A stretch of 64,000 bases of DNA from the NCBI GenBank assembly GCA_963812015.1, contig CAWETI010000002.1:768001-832000 (forward strand), in the 5' to 3' direction. Positions within the stretch are counted from its first letter, which is position 1. Each line of letters opens with the position of its first letter. The notes beneath the pieces were generated by a model. That model had not been told where the DNA came from and did not search any database. It worked only from the letters and a program-made list of their open reading frames with translations. Made by a program: the position numbers and the translations under genes. The stretch comes from an uncultured delta proteobacterium (GTDB lineage Bacteria > Desulfobacterota > Desulfobaccia > Desulfobaccales > 0-14-0-80-60-11). This document shows positions 10,940 to 21,138 of this stretch, piece after piece.

Positions 10940-11293
10940 ATGAAGACTATCCTGGTGGTGGATGACGATGAGGCGATCCGGACGCTTTTGCAGGAAGAGC
11001 TGGAGGACGAAGGCTATAAGATCCTGATCGCCACTGATGCCCGGGATGCCTTGAAAATAGTGGAAGCCGAACCCCTGGACCTGGTCATTTTAGACATTCG
11101 CATGCCCGGCATGGACGGCCTGGAGGCCCTGCCCCGCATCCTGGGCCTCAAGGAAGGCCTGCCGGTGATTCTGAATACCGCCTACAGCCAGTACCAGGAA
11201 AGCTTCATGAGTTGGGCGGCGGACGCCTACGTGGTGAAGTCTTCGGACCTCACCGAACTTAAAGCGAAAGTCAAAGAGCTCATCAATAAATAA
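10940..11293 (+). CDS. Single-domain response regulator (CheY-like)
   Basis: ILVVDDD, LVILDIRMPGMDG, conserved T and K of a receiver domain. Confidence 0.93.
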   Translation: MKTILVVDDDEAIRTLLQEELEDEGYKILIATDARDALKIVEAEPLDLVILDIRMPGMDGLEALPRILGLKEGLPVILNTAYSQYQESFMSWAADAYVVKSSDLTELKAKVKELINK

Positions 11294-12507
11294 TGGACAC
11301 GTTGAAAAAACTCACCACCATCATCATGGCCGGGGGCAAGGGCGAACGCCTCTTTCCCCTGACCCGGGACAAGGCCAAGCCGGTGATCACCTTCGGGAGC
11401 CTTTACCGGATCATCGATTTCACCCTGTCCAACTGCCTCAATTCGGGGGTCCGCCGCATCTACGTCCTCACCCAGTACGGCAGTTTTTCCCTGGACCAGC
11501 ACCTGCGCCAGGCCTGGGACATTATGCACCCCGACCTGGGGGAGTTCATCTTCTCCATGCCGCCCCAGCAGATCATGACGAACCGCTGGTACCGGGGCAC
11601 GGCCGACTCCATCTTCCAGAATCTCAACCTCCTGGAGGCCGAGCGTCCCCGGCATGTCTTGATCCTGTCCGGCGACCACGTCTACAAGATGAATTACCGG
11701 GAGATGCTGGACTTTCACCTGAGCCGGGGGGCGGACCTCACCGTGGCCGCAGTCATGGTGCCCCGGGTGGAGGGCAGCTCCTTCGGCATTCTCAAGGTAA
11801 ACGAAGCCGGCGAGGTGGAGAATTTCCTGGAAAAACCCCAGGACCCGCCGGGATTGCCCGACAACCCCGATTTCTCCCTGGTGTCCATGGGGGTCTACAT
11901 CTTCAACGCCGAGACCCTGGTGGGGGAGGTCATCAAGGACGCCAAGCACAAGACCAGCAGGCACGATTTCGGCGGGGACATCATCCCCCAGATGGTGGGG
12001 AGCAAAAAGGTCTATGCCTACAACTTCCAGGACCCGGCCACCGGTGCGCCCCGCTACTGGCGGGATATCGGTCTCTTGGACGCCTACTACAAAGCCCACC
12101 AGGACCTTTTGGGGGCCAGCCCCGTGTTTGAGCTGTTCGACCCCGACTGGCCGGTGCGGGGCCGCCCCCAACTCTATCCCCCCAGCAAGTACATCAGCTC
12201 CGGGTCGCCGGTGATCGTGGACGACTCCCTCATCGCCTCGGGCTGTATCATCGAGGGGACCGTGTCGGGCTCGATTCTCTCCCCCGGGGTCAGGGTGGGG
12301 CCGGACGCAGTGGTGGAAGACTCGGTCCTGTGGGATGGGGTGGTCATCGGCCCCCGGGCCAAGGTGAGGAAGGCGATTATCGAAGACAAGGTGCGGGTGC
12401 CGTCCGGCTTTTCCATCGGCTACGACCGCCAATGGGACGCGGCCCGCTTCCACCTCACCGAAAACGGCGTGGTGGTGGTGCCCAACAACGCCGTCCTGGA
12501 AGGCTGA
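11293..12507 (+). CDS. glgC: Glucose-1-phosphate adenylyltransferase
   Basis: MAGGKGERLFPLTRDKAKP, WYRGTAD, ILSGDHVYKM, FLEKP, SMGVYIF, YWRDIG, C-terminal left-handed beta-helix. Confidence 0.96.
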   Translation: MDTLKKLTTIIMAGGKGERLFPLTRDKAKPVITFGSLYRIIDFTLSNCLNSGVRRIYVLTQYGSFSLDQHLRQAWDIMHPDLGEFIFSMPPQQIMTNRWYRGTADSIFQNLNLLEAERPRHVLILSGDHVYKMNYREMLDFHLSRGADLTVAAVMVPRVEGSSFGILKVNEAGEVENFLEKPQDPPGLPDNPDFSLVSMGVYIFNAETLVGEVIKDAKHKTSRHDFGGDIIPQMVGSKKVYAYNFQDPATGAPRYWRDIGLLDAYYKAHQDLLGASPVFELFDPDWPVRGRPQLYPPSKYISSGSPVIVDDSLIASGCIIEGTVSGSILSPGVRVGPDAVVEDSVLWDGVVIGPRAKVRKAIIEDKVRVPSGFSIGYDRQWDAARFHLTENGVVVVPNNAVLEG

Positions 12508-12597
12508 GCCACCGTCTAAGTCCCAGCCAATTCCTTGATTTTTCTCTCTTTGCGTGCTTGAATTGTATAAAGTTTAAAATTCTCTCAGGGACGAGTC

Positions 12598-13155
12598 ATG
12601 GATGAAGACCTGATCTCGGTTATTGACGCTGCACTCCAACTGCGAAAGCGGAAGCAGACGATTTTCAAAATCCTTAAGCGTCTTGGAATCGAAACTCAAA
12701 AACGTCGGAGCGGCAAAAGGGGCCAGCTTGTGGCGTATATTACTCAGGACGAATTCCGACTCTTGAGCCATGAGTTGCCCTCCTCTGGTGACGAAGGTGA
12801 TACCGAGCGAAACCAAGGAAACCCCGCCACGGAAGCTACTTATGCAGAACAAGGAGTGTTCTATTTAGTTCAGCTTGAGCCCGATCATGATCCTATGCGG
12901 ATCAAGGTTGGATTTGCGTTGAGAATTTCTGAACGGCTTCGGACCTTGCGATGCTCAGCGCCTTTCACGAATGTCATAAAAACATGGCCTTGTAAGATGC
13001 TCTGGGAAAAGACCGCCATAGAGTGCGTGACCGATGGCTGTGAGCGGTTGCACACCGAAGTATTTCGTACCGACTCGATAGATACGGTTATTGGTAAATG
13101 CGATAAATTCTTCGGTTTGATGCCAAGGCTATCGGGTGAAAATGTGGATTCATAA
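12598..13155 (+). CDS. Hypothetical protein with C-terminal GIY-YIG/T5orf172-like domain
   Basis: GVFYLVQ...RIKVGFA...ERLRTLRCSAP pattern; visibly lower GC than neighbours. Confidence 0.55.
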   Translation: MDEDLISVIDAALQLRKRKQTIFKILKRLGIETQKRRSGKRGQLVAYITQDEFRLLSHELPSSGDEGDTERNQGNPATEATYAEQGVFYLVQLEPDHDPMRIKVGFALRISERLRTLRCSAPFTNVIKTWPCKMLWEKTAIECVTDGCERLHTEVFRTDSIDTVIGKCDKFFGLMPRLSGENVDS

Positions 13156-13271
13156 GCTATCAGCCGAATTTTTCCCCTCGTCCCCGATCTGAGCTTTGGA
13201 AAGCCCTTTTACCCGCCAAGTTAAACTTGGCAACGAGATGACAGTAACGCCATTATGGAGGCATAGTGCGC

Positions 13272-13925
13272 ATGAGTTCCATGGCCGCAGCCGCCAAAGG
13301 CTCCCTGACCCCCACCCGACTCTACCTGGTGCGCCACGGCCAGGTGGCCGAGGGCCATACCGACCGGTATCACGGCAACAACGATATCGGCCTGTCGCCC
13401 CTGGGAGTGCGGCAACTGGAAGAGTTGGCGGCGCAACTCCAAACCGTGGCCCTGGCGGGGGTCTATGCCTCAAACCTCAGCCGGGCCTGGACGGGGGCGG
13501 AAATCATCAGCCGGGGGCGTCAGGTGGCGGCCCAGGTCATCCCGGAGTTCCGGGAGATCCACTTCGGGGTCTGGGAAGGGTTGAGCTTCACGGAAATCGC
13601 CGCACGCTACCCCGCCGAACTCCAGGCCCGCTTCCGGGACCTGCCCAACTTCCGCATCCCGGAGGGTGAAAGCCTCATGGACGTCAGGGCCCGGGCCTTG
13701 CCCCGGCTCAATGACCTGATCCAGACCCACCACGGCCAGGCCTTCATCATCGTGGCCCACGCCGGGGTCAACCGGGTCATCCTCAGCGAGGCCCTGGGCC
13801 TGCCCCCGGACAACCTCTTCCGCCTGGACCAGAACTACGGCTGCCTCAACGTCATCGACTACTTTCCCGACATGGCCGTGGTGCGCCTGATCAACGGCGG
13901 CGTCAACGGTGTGACTGTCGGATAG
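13272..13925 (+). CDS. Histidine phosphatase (alpha-ribazole phosphatase CobC-like)
   Basis: LYLVRHG, REIHFGVWEG, PEGES, VAHAGVNR. Confidence 0.88.
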   Translation: MSSMAAAAKGSLTPTRLYLVRHGQVAEGHTDRYHGNNDIGLSPLGVRQLEELAAQLQTVALAGVYASNLSRAWTGAEIISRGRQVAAQVIPEFREIHFGVWEGLSFTEIAARYPAELQARFRDLPNFRIPEGESLMDVRARALPRLNDLIQTHHGQAFIIVAHAGVNRVILSEALGLPPDNLFRLDQNYGCLNVIDYFPDMAVVRLINGGVNGVTVG

Positions 13926-13961
13926 CGGGTCTTGGCCGCGTTATCCCCGGTCGGGGAATCC

Positions 13962-14783
13962 TCAATCCATCTGGAAAAATTTGGTTGAACTGCGGATAAT
14001 TGCGGTCAACACGCGGACCCCCTCCGACGACAGGACGGATTGCAGCACCCGGTAACTCAACTTGAGCAGGGCCAGGTCATCCGTCTGCAGGTAGGTCACG
14101 GCCCGGGCATCCACCTCGTAGGCCTGAAGAAAAGCCGGCTCCAACAGCAAGGTGCGGAATCGGTCGAGATCGTAGGCCAGGGTGGCAAAGAGGTCTTGCG
14201 CCTGCGCGTTGACCGCGCCAGATTCCTCCAGCCCGGCTTTGAGGAGGATTTCCAGCCATTCCCGGCGCCCCTGGTCATACTCGACAAATCCCTGATTGGC
14301 CTGCCAGGACTCCACCGTCCATTCGGTATCAGCAAGGAACCCCCGGCAATAATCAAGTTTGCGGCAAAAGTAATAGTCTTCGACGCCCCGGGGCGTGAGC
14401 CGGCTGCCCATGGTGATGGGAAAGAGGCGGCAGGCCGCCGGCCGATGGGCGTAAACCGTGCAGCCGCCGGCGCCCAGGAAGGGACAGCCGCCCGCCGCAG
14501 TGCGGTGAGGGTCGATGAAGACCAGGGGGAGATGGGACTCCTGGTCAATTTCCTGCCGGGTATAGCGCTGGAGCAATTTCCCGGACGTGATCCCCAGACA
14601 CTCTTTCAGACGCAGGAGGTCATACGGGCTCAAAATGATGGTGGGGGTGCGGCAACACTGGTTGAAGCAGGGCAAATCGGCATGGCACTGGAAGGTAAAG
14701 CGGCTGTCCAGGGCAAGGCCGTCCTGGTCTGATGGCACTAATGGCATATAGAGCGACACCGTTTCCGATCTATCGGGAGCCAT
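13962..14783 (-). CDS. YkgJ-family cysteine-cluster protein
   Basis: C-x4-CFNQCC, LSPYDLLRL, CPFL...CTVYAHRPAACRLFP. Confidence 0.85.
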   Translation of the reverse strand: MAPDRSETVSLYMPLVPSDQDGLALDSRFTFQCHADLPCFNQCCRTPTIILSPYDLLRLKECLGITSGKLLQRYTRQEIDQESHLPLVFIDPHRTAAGGCPFLGAGGCTVYAHRPAACRLFPITMGSRLTPRGVEDYYFCRKLDYCRGFLADTEWTVESWQANQGFVEYDQGRREWLEILLKAGLEESGAVNAQAQDLFATLAYDLDRFRTLLLEPAFLQAYEVDARAVTYLQTDDLALLKLSYRVLQSVLSSEGVRVLTAIIRSSTKFFQMD

Positions 14784-15208
14784 GGCGTATGATGCCTCCG
14801 GCGGGGGATTTTCAGGAACCTGCCTGATAGTTTGTCAACAACCCGGGGAAATAGCAAGGGGTCCGTTCGGGGGCTCTTCGGCACGGACTCGAACTGAGTG
14901 TAAAGAAGAAATTGCCTTGAGATGCCGTCAGGTGGAAAAGAACACCTCTTTATGGACACCATCTTACGGCCCAAGACCCTAGGCCGAGGCAGGGTGCGGG
15001 CGCGATATGCTGACCGCGACCGGAGGGGGTCCGCAGGTGAACCAATTCCCCATATTGGGTTTAGGCTATGTGTACCAGCCTATGTTCAGGACCTGTGGCA
15101 TATCCCCCAAAACACATCAAGCCCGCACCCCATGGCAGGGTGGTGCCCTGTCAGGGCGACCCAGACAGGGATGGGGATTGCAGGCGAACATTTCTGGCGG
15201 ATCGTCTG

Positions 15209-15267
15209 ATATGGGGATCATAGCTGCAACTTTTCCGGGTGAGGGGATAATTGCCTGGTTTGGCAAG
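15209..15267 (+). repeat. Cassette-site copy 1: core plus right arm
   Basis: ATAT-GGGGATC-ATAG-CTGCAACTTTTCCGGGTGAGGGGATAATTGCCTGGTTTGGCAAG; nearly identical to the right arm at 18241-18290. Confidence 0.8.
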
Positions 15268-15733
15268 GTATATGGCATTTAGCGTAGCTTTTCTTGATTG
15301 GTCGAGAGGGTCCTTAAGCTTTGAGGGGAATGAGATTCTCCCACGCTGCTCGACTCTGGCAGCTAGTAAAGTGCAGGAGGTCTCAGACTACAAACCGATG
15401 GGGTATTTGGCCACTGGCAGTTCGATAGACTCTGGGAAAAGATTGCTGCTTGACAAAAAATTGTGCTAACATAATCGGCTGGCTGCGCTTAAGAGGTAGT
15501 TATGCGAGATCTTAGCATTATTTTACCCCGCTTAAATAGGGGGTTTCCCTTCTATTCCCCGCTGTGCCGCACGCTGTCAGAGTGGTTGCCTGGAGGTCCA
15601 CCTTTGGGTCCGATGGGAAAATGGCAGCGGCTGACAGCCAGGGCGCTCTATCAACTATATCGATATAACTGGCCCGGGCGAGGAGACGTTTTGCACGCTC
15701 GGGCCAGGGTCCGAGGACCTGAGGCCGAGGGAA

Positions 15734-17398
15734 ATGGCCCTAAACCCGAGTAACCGCAAGAATGTCCCGGAAGCCCTTAGAATCGCCCTTAACCTGGCGA
15801 TGACCATCTTTGGTCTGGGCTTACTCTTTGCCCTTTTGGTGTGGCATTCTGGTCTATCGAGCCTCGACCTCTATGTCAACTCTTTCTACGTTCTCTATGT
15901 CAGGAATGAGCCGGTGGTATTTCTGCTGCTGTTCCTGGCTTTGTGGCTGGTGCGACCATATCTCTTGGGGGATGGGGTGCTGGCTGACTGGCCATCTCCC
16001 CTCAGCAGCGAAAGGCTGGCCAAAATTCCCTGGTTGTGGGTCATTGTCCCGGCGGCGGTACTCGTCGCCTGGCAGGGAGGCTCCCTGGTGTTGCACTGCT
16101 TTCCCTTGAGCAATGACGAATACCTGCCCCGTTTTCAGGCGCAAATCTTTGCGGCCGGCAAGATCAAGGCCTTTCTGCCCCCCGAGTTGAGAGAGTTCGG
16201 CAAGGCCCTGACGCCGATTTACGCAACTTTTGATCCCCAGGAAGGCACCTGGGTCAGCTCCTACCTGCCTATCTATGCCGGCCTACGGGCCGGGTTCCTG
16301 GCACTGGGAGTTGAGTCCTTGACCAGTCCAGCCCTGGCGGGGTTAAGCTTGGCGCTTATTGCTGGCGTGGCCCGCAGGCTCTGGCCCCAAGAGCCCCTGG
16401 CCCCCTTGGTAGCGGTCGTTCTCCTGGCCTCCTCCACCCAGTTTCTTATCACCTCCATGACCTCTTACGCCTATCCGGCGCATCTCTGCTTCAACCTGGC
16501 CTGGCTTTATTTCTATTGTCGCGGCGATGGGCTGGGAAATCTGGTGACTCCCTGGATCGGTTTTTTTGCCCTGGGTCTCCACAACCCATTTCCCCATGCC
16601 TTGTTTGTCACGCCATTCCTCCTGACCCTGGTTTTGCGGAGGAATTGGGGGCTCACCCTCTACTTCGGTTTGGTCTATGGCGCGGGTTGTATCCTGTGGT
16701 ATCTCTGGTGGACCCGCTTGGTTGTCCTTAACTTTTCCGACCTGAGCGCTATCCAGGTTCCCGGCCTTTATCAGTTGATAATCCAGCCCATGAATCTCTC
16801 CATGCTCTTTGCCTGGCAATCACTTGCCCTTACCGTCCTGACCTTCTTGTCTTTCATTTATTGGAAGGATCTTATGCCGTTTTTGAAGACTCTGGCCTTA
16901 GGCTGTCTGCTTACCCTCGGTTTTTTCTTTTTCGTTCCTGATCAGGTGTTGGGTTGGGGATATCGTTTCTTTTATGGGGTCCTGGGGAATCTTGTCTTGT
17001 TGGCAGTGGCCGGCTGGTTTTATCTCAAGGAAAGCCTGGGATTCAGAAAAGCCTGGGGGTTCTTCTTGCTCGGCACGGCTCTGGCGGTGCTGGTCCAGTT
17101 CCCCCTCCGGTGCCTGCAAGTGGAAAGCTTTATTAGGCCTTTTGCCAGATCGGCGCAATTTATTCAATCCCAGCCTTACTCCTTCGCCATCATTGATCAC
17201 ACGCAGGTGTGGTTTTCTCAGTTGCTGGTGCGTAATGACCCTTTTCTGCGCAATCATCCGAAGATCCTGTTCGCTCACTATTTAAACGAGGATCAATTGG
17301 CCAATTTAAGAACGCTGGGAACAGTCCATACCGTTAAGCCCGAAGAACTGGCCCACTTTGGCCTTCACCCCATCAAGCCTCGCCATGACTCCCCTTAA
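15734..17398 (+). CDS. Polytopic membrane protein, probable GT-C-fold glycosyltransferase
   Basis: 554 aa with many TM segments and an SNDE acidic motif in an early loop. Confidence 0.6.
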   Translation: MALNPSNRKNVPEALRIALNLAMTIFGLGLLFALLVWHSGLSSLDLYVNSFYVLYVRNEPVVFLLLFLALWLVRPYLLGDGVLADWPSPLSSERLAKIPWLWVIVPAAVLVAWQGGSLVLHCFPLSNDEYLPRFQAQIFAAGKIKAFLPPELREFGKALTPIYATFDPQEGTWVSSYLPIYAGLRAGFLALGVESLTSPALAGLSLALIAGVARRLWPQEPLAPLVAVVLLASSTQFLITSMTSYAYPAHLCFNLAWLYFYCRGDGLGNLVTPWIGFFALGLHNPFPHALFVTPFLLTLVLRRNWGLTLYFGLVYGAGCILWYLWWTRLVVLNFSDLSAIQVPGLYQLIIQPMNLSMLFAWQSLALTVLTFLSFIYWKDLMPFLKTLALGCLLTLGFFFFVPDQVLGWGYRFFYGVLGNLVLLAVAGWFYLKESLGFRKAWGFFLLGTALAVLVQFPLRCLQVESFIRPFARSAQFIQSQPYSFAIIDHTQVWFSQLLVRNDPFLRNHPKILFAHYLNEDQLANLRTLGTVHTVKPEELAHFGLHPIKPRHDSP

Positions 17399-17597
17399 GG
17401 CATTACTTGACTGAACAAGGATGAGTTTCAATAGATCCTGGAAGGTCTATCAACTAGAAAATCGACTAACCAAACCGGATATAAAAATCAAAGGGAATAT
17501 CCTGGCGAGTGCAAAATGAAGAGAAAACGCCTCCAGAAGGAAGTTTATTTACCTAACGGAGGCCCTCAAATTGATAACGACCGTAAATCATCATGTA

Positions 17598-17897
17598 TTA
17601 TTCGAGCAATTCAAATTCTTCGACGATATAACAATCATTCTTTCCAGGTTTTTCTTGGCGAACTCGCACCGCCGCCTGCCGTTCTTCTAAGGAATCGAGC
17701 TCTTGCTGATTGAAGCCCCCAGGAGCCGACCATTCGTAAATCCCATATTTGATTGCCGTGTCACTGAACACTTTAAAATAAATGCTCTTGTATTCTTTAA
17801 ATGCGAGGTCGAGATATTGTACATCCTGGGGCCCACCAAGGCAAAAGACGTTGATGGATTCGATGATGCCGATAAGGGAATCAATTGTCCATTTCAT
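17598..17897 (-). CDS. Hypothetical protein
   Basis: 99-aa AT-rich ORF starting ~30 nt beyond an IS1380-type right end. Confidence 0.4.
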   Translation of the reverse strand: MKWTIDSLIGIIESINVFCLGGPQDVQYLDLAFKEYKSIYFKVFSDTAIKYGIYEWSAPGGFNQQELDSLEERQAAVRVRQEKPGKNDCYIVEEFELLE

Positions 17898-17928
17898 ATG
17901 AAGCGGGAACTATAAAACAAAGGATCAA

Positions 17929-18165
17929 CCGAGATTATGCGGCTACCTTAGCCACTGCAGTAAAATATGGTTTTGAGGATACCTCTTCCCGGGTATAAAC
18001 CCGGAAAATTTCCTCTTTCCTATCCAAATTGTCTTTTTGAAGGCATGATAGCATAAATTTCGCTGAAAAGTAATTTGCCCGAAAATTTTAAGTATACCTA
18101 ACCCTTAGAAACCCAGATACTTCTTCAAGCCTGGCTCGGTAACCTCGAAGCGCTGGCAACTCTCC
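17929..18165 (-). mobile_element. IS1380-family right-end remnant
   Basis: Minus strand: AGTTGCCAGCGCTTCGAGG (transposase SCQxFE trace), AAATTTATGCTATCATGCC block, end CCGCATAATCTCGG; homologous to 24165-24518 and 58098-58372. Confidence 0.7.
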
Positions 18166-18191
18166 CAAGCGACTCTCGGGAAGTGTAAGTT

Positions 18192-18290
18192 CTGCTATTA
18201 AAGCGCTCATCAAGAGGGTCTGGAAGTATTTCACTATCCAGATCATAGCTGCAACTTTTCCGGGAGGGGATAATTGCCTGGTTTGGCAAG
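18192..18290 (+). repeat. Cassette-site copy 2: short one-core form (99 bp)
   Basis: CTGCTAT...CTCATCAAG...CTAT-CCAGATC-ATAG...CTTTT...GATAAT...TTTGGCAAG. Confidence 0.8.
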
Positions 18291-18324
18291 ATAGTTGGCA
18301 GAATCGTTTTATAGCCGAGCTCCT

Positions 18325-18405
18325 TCACTGCCCGGCGGTGGCGGGTGCATAGCGCTTCGGCCTTTCCCCTGGGCCACCATTATCAGGCGGTGCACTTCGC
18401 CTGCA
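18325..18405 (+). pseudogene. IS1380 transposase C-terminal trace
   Basis: Translates ARRWRVHSASAFPLGHHYQAV, matching the traces WHVHVTSAFRLAHRYRAVLA (~24240-24300) and VHATSAFPLANHLRAVLA (~58320-58370). Confidence 0.6.
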
Positions 18406-18524
18406 AAAACTTTCCCAGGTCGCGCCGGTTTATTAAATCTTTAGGGTTAACTAGAAAAGGGCCGGCGATGCAGAGGTCTAAAAAGATATTAGGCGTCAAA
18501 ACAATTTTCCAAGGGAGAGTAATC

Positions 18525-18983
18525 ATGACAGGCAAATTCAATCTCAGGTTCAGAGCGCTCTGGATAATTTTGGGAGCGTTGTTCCTGCTGACATCTCTGC
18601 ATCTGGCCCAAGCCAAAGAAGGGCCCTGGGAGCGCATGAAGGAAAAGATAAAAATAACAAAGGAATTACATGACTTGAAGCTTACGCCAGATAAAGAAGC
18701 GGCATTGCTGGCCGTGGACCAAAAGTATGCCAAGGAGCGCAAAGATCTCGTGGCCGCCTTGAAAAAATATCGTGAAGATTTAACAACCGCCTTAGGTGAG
18801 GCCAACCCGGATGAGGCGAAGATTAAAGACCTGGTAAAGGCTAGCAACGCTGCTCAGGATAAACTTTTAATCTCTTTAAAAATGGAACGGGACGAGGCTA
18901 TGGCCCTGATGACCCCAATTCAGCAAGGGCAGCTTATTATGGTCATGGGTAATTGGTTCCAGGAAATGATTAAAAAGTCATAA
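18525..18983 (+). CDS. Periplasmic Spy/CpxP-like (heavy-metal-sensor-like) protein
   Basis: Signal peptide ending AQA; LKLTPDK and MTPIQQ LTxxQ-like motifs; SD GGGAG. Confidence 0.7.
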   Translation: MTGKFNLRFRALWIILGALFLLTSLHLAQAKEGPWERMKEKIKITKELHDLKLTPDKEAALLAVDQKYAKERKDLVAALKKYREDLTTALGEANPDEAKIKDLVKASNAAQDKLLISLKMERDEAMALMTPIQQGQLIMVMGNWFQEMIKKS

Positions 18984-19239
18984 GACGCAAAAAAAGCCAA
19001 AAATAGCATCGTTATCGGGAAGGCTCAGCCTATTGGTTAAAAGTTCTGGATGCGGAGGGGTGCATCAAGGATGTTGGGGAAAAGGGAACCCTTGGTCTTG
19101 CTGTCTTGATGAGGTAGGCTTCCAGGGCCCAAACCAGGGGCAGTGACCAGCATAATAAACGGGACCCGCCATTAAATCAAATCTTGCGGGGAACCTGGCT
19201 CTCACTCCGGTTCCGATCTTTTACACAAGGAAGGATTTA

Positions 19240-19308
19240 ATGATGCCAAAATTAATTTATGTCGTACTGGCCGTGCTGAGCTATGTCATGCTCATTCTGC
19301 TGAGATGA
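19240..19308 (+). CDS. Putative 22-aa hydrophobic peptide MMPKLIYVVLAVLSYVMLILLR
   Basis: AAGGAAGGA SD upstream; single TM-like helix; below the ORF-track cutoff. Confidence 0.35.
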   Translation: MMPKLIYVVLAVLSYVMLILLR

Positions 19309-19500
19309 TGGGGGTAGTGTAAAATCGATTGCATGAATTTCTGAGGGTATAAGGAAAGACATATTTCCCATAGACTGGCGGTTGGCCAAAGCATACTATG
19401 GGTATACGCGGACGGCTTCCTTGACGTCAGGATCTCTGATAACTCCTTAAAAGCCAGGTGTACAGGGAAAGTGCAGCACCATGAAGGATCATAACGCTTC

Positions 19501-20466
19501 GTGAAGGTGTTCGGCATGTGGGGACGCAAAGGCCTGATCGTTGCGGGGTTTTTTGGTCTGCTTCTCGTGGGAGCTATCACGCTGGCTTTTTGGGCGTACG
19601 CACGCGATCCGCTCTTGTCCCTCCCCCCGCCAGAACACGGGTTGAAGGCAGAGCGGACGACTCTTTCTGCGCCCGATCACCGTCATTTTGAGCGCATCAC
19701 GCTGCACGGGAACACGCTTGGCAATATCGCCTTCACCCTCAGCCTGCCCGATCCGCTTCCCCCCCAAAAAATACCGGTCGTTCTGGTGATGGGCGGCCTT
19801 GTCACGGGTGAAGACAGCATCCGCTATATAAAGGACGCCGGAGATAACGCCATCGTTGGCTACGCCTGGCCGATACCGGTTCGCCTTCACGGAATTAGCG
19901 CCTTTATGCTGCAAGCGCCTGGTCTCTACCACAACGTTATGGCGATACCAGGACAGGTGGCCTCAGCCCTACATTGGCTGATTGAACAACCTTGGGCCGA
20001 TGCGGGACGTATTAGTCTGCTTGGCTTTTCCCAGGGAGCCTTGGCCGTCCCTTCCGTGCAGGACATCGCCGTGAATAATGGAACCCGCGTCGGCTGGACT
20101 ATCATCGCCTATGGCGGTGCGCCTCTCGGTGCGCTCCTCGCCGCTAACCCGCACATGAAACCGACCTGGCTGCGCGTAGCCATGGCACCTTTGGTGGATC
20201 TTGTGTTTCATTCCCTGGAACCCACCGTCCATCTTCCACGTCTATCCGGCAAATTTCTGGTGCTTGAAGGGCGGGACGACAATCTGATCCCCGAAGCGGC
20301 TCGCAACCTCTTGCGGGAGGCAGTACCGGAGCCGAAAACCGTCGTCACTTTTGAGGGCAATCACATGGGCGTAGGGCCGGACAAGATGGCTCTGCTCCAG
20401 AAAATTATTGAAACCAGCAAAAAGTGGCTGATCGAAAACGGCGCCATCAACCACGGCCCTGATTAA
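19501..20466 (+). CDS. Membrane-anchored alpha/beta hydrolase
   Basis: N-terminal TM, GFSQG nucleophile elbow, later Asp (GRDD) and His (GNH). Confidence 0.75.
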   Translation: MKVFGMWGRKGLIVAGFFGLLLVGAITLAFWAYARDPLLSLPPPEHGLKAERTTLSAPDHRHFERITLHGNTLGNIAFTLSLPDPLPPQKIPVVLVMGGLVTGEDSIRYIKDAGDNAIVGYAWPIPVRLHGISAFMLQAPGLYHNVMAIPGQVASALHWLIEQPWADAGRISLLGFSQGALAVPSVQDIAVNNGTRVGWTIIAYGGAPLGALLAANPHMKPTWLRVAMAPLVDLVFHSLEPTVHLPRLSGKFLVLEGRDDNLIPEAARNLLREAVPEPKTVVTFEGNHMGVGPDKMALLQKIIETSKKWLIENGAINHGPD

Positions 20467-20549
20467 GCCCCACTTTCCCCCTCCCTCGGGGATGCAAAGC
20501 GGGTCTCCTCCCAGTGCTCAATCACATAGCTATCTCAAAGTGTTGCTAA

Positions 20550-20768
20550 CTGCTATAAAAGGAAACTTATCAACTTCCGGAAAATTCAAACTATCCTGAT
20601 CATATCTTCACTTTTTGGCATGCAGAATCTCTTTAGTTCACCCCCAGTGTCCTGGCTTCCTCTTCCCGCCGGCAGCTGACATCATCCTCCCCACAAATGC
20701 CCTTGGAAGATATGCAGATCATATCCGTAGTTTTTGCCGGATAGTTGATAAGTGAAGGTTTTGGCGAG
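20550..20768 (+). repeat. Cassette-site copy 3: long two-core form (219 bp)
   Basis: CTGCTAT..AACTTATCA; cores CTAT-CCTGATC-ATAT (20591) and ATAT-GCAGATC-ATAT (20710); ATCCTCCCCACAA; GATAAGTG..TTGGCGAG. Confidence 0.85.
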
Positions 20769-20885
20769 TTATAGAAACTTTCGTATCATAGATTTTCGCT
20801 TTCCCTTTGGCAAACCATCTTTGGCTTGACTTGACCCCCATCCTAACTTAAAACTTGGTACAACTACTGGGCGCAGGTCAATACC

Positions 20886-21110
20886 GTGACGCACGCCTTC
20901 CATGAAACTGCCACCAGGGCGGGCCTGAAGTGCCGGCTGCATGATCTGAGGCATACCTACGCCTCACATAAGGCCATGGCCGGCGTTGACCTCTATACGC
21001 TCAAGGAGCTGCTCGGGCACAAGGACATAAAGGCCACGCAGATATATGCTCACCTGTCGGCCAAGCATCTCAAAAAGGCCGCCGGCGAGGGCGTGGCGGG
21101 AGGGGATTGA
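20886..21110 (+). pseudogene. Tyrosine recombinase C-terminal fragment
   Basis: HDLRHTYAS...LKELLGH...TQIYAH catalytic boxes; N-terminal part absent. Confidence 0.85.
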
Positions 21111-21138
21111 TGGAAAAATTAGTGGGAGGAAAAAAGCC

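Noticed and set aside
15060..15208. Degenerate left arm and first core for site copy 1
   Set aside because: An ATAT lies at about the expected distance (15100), but the arm motifs are too decayed to call.
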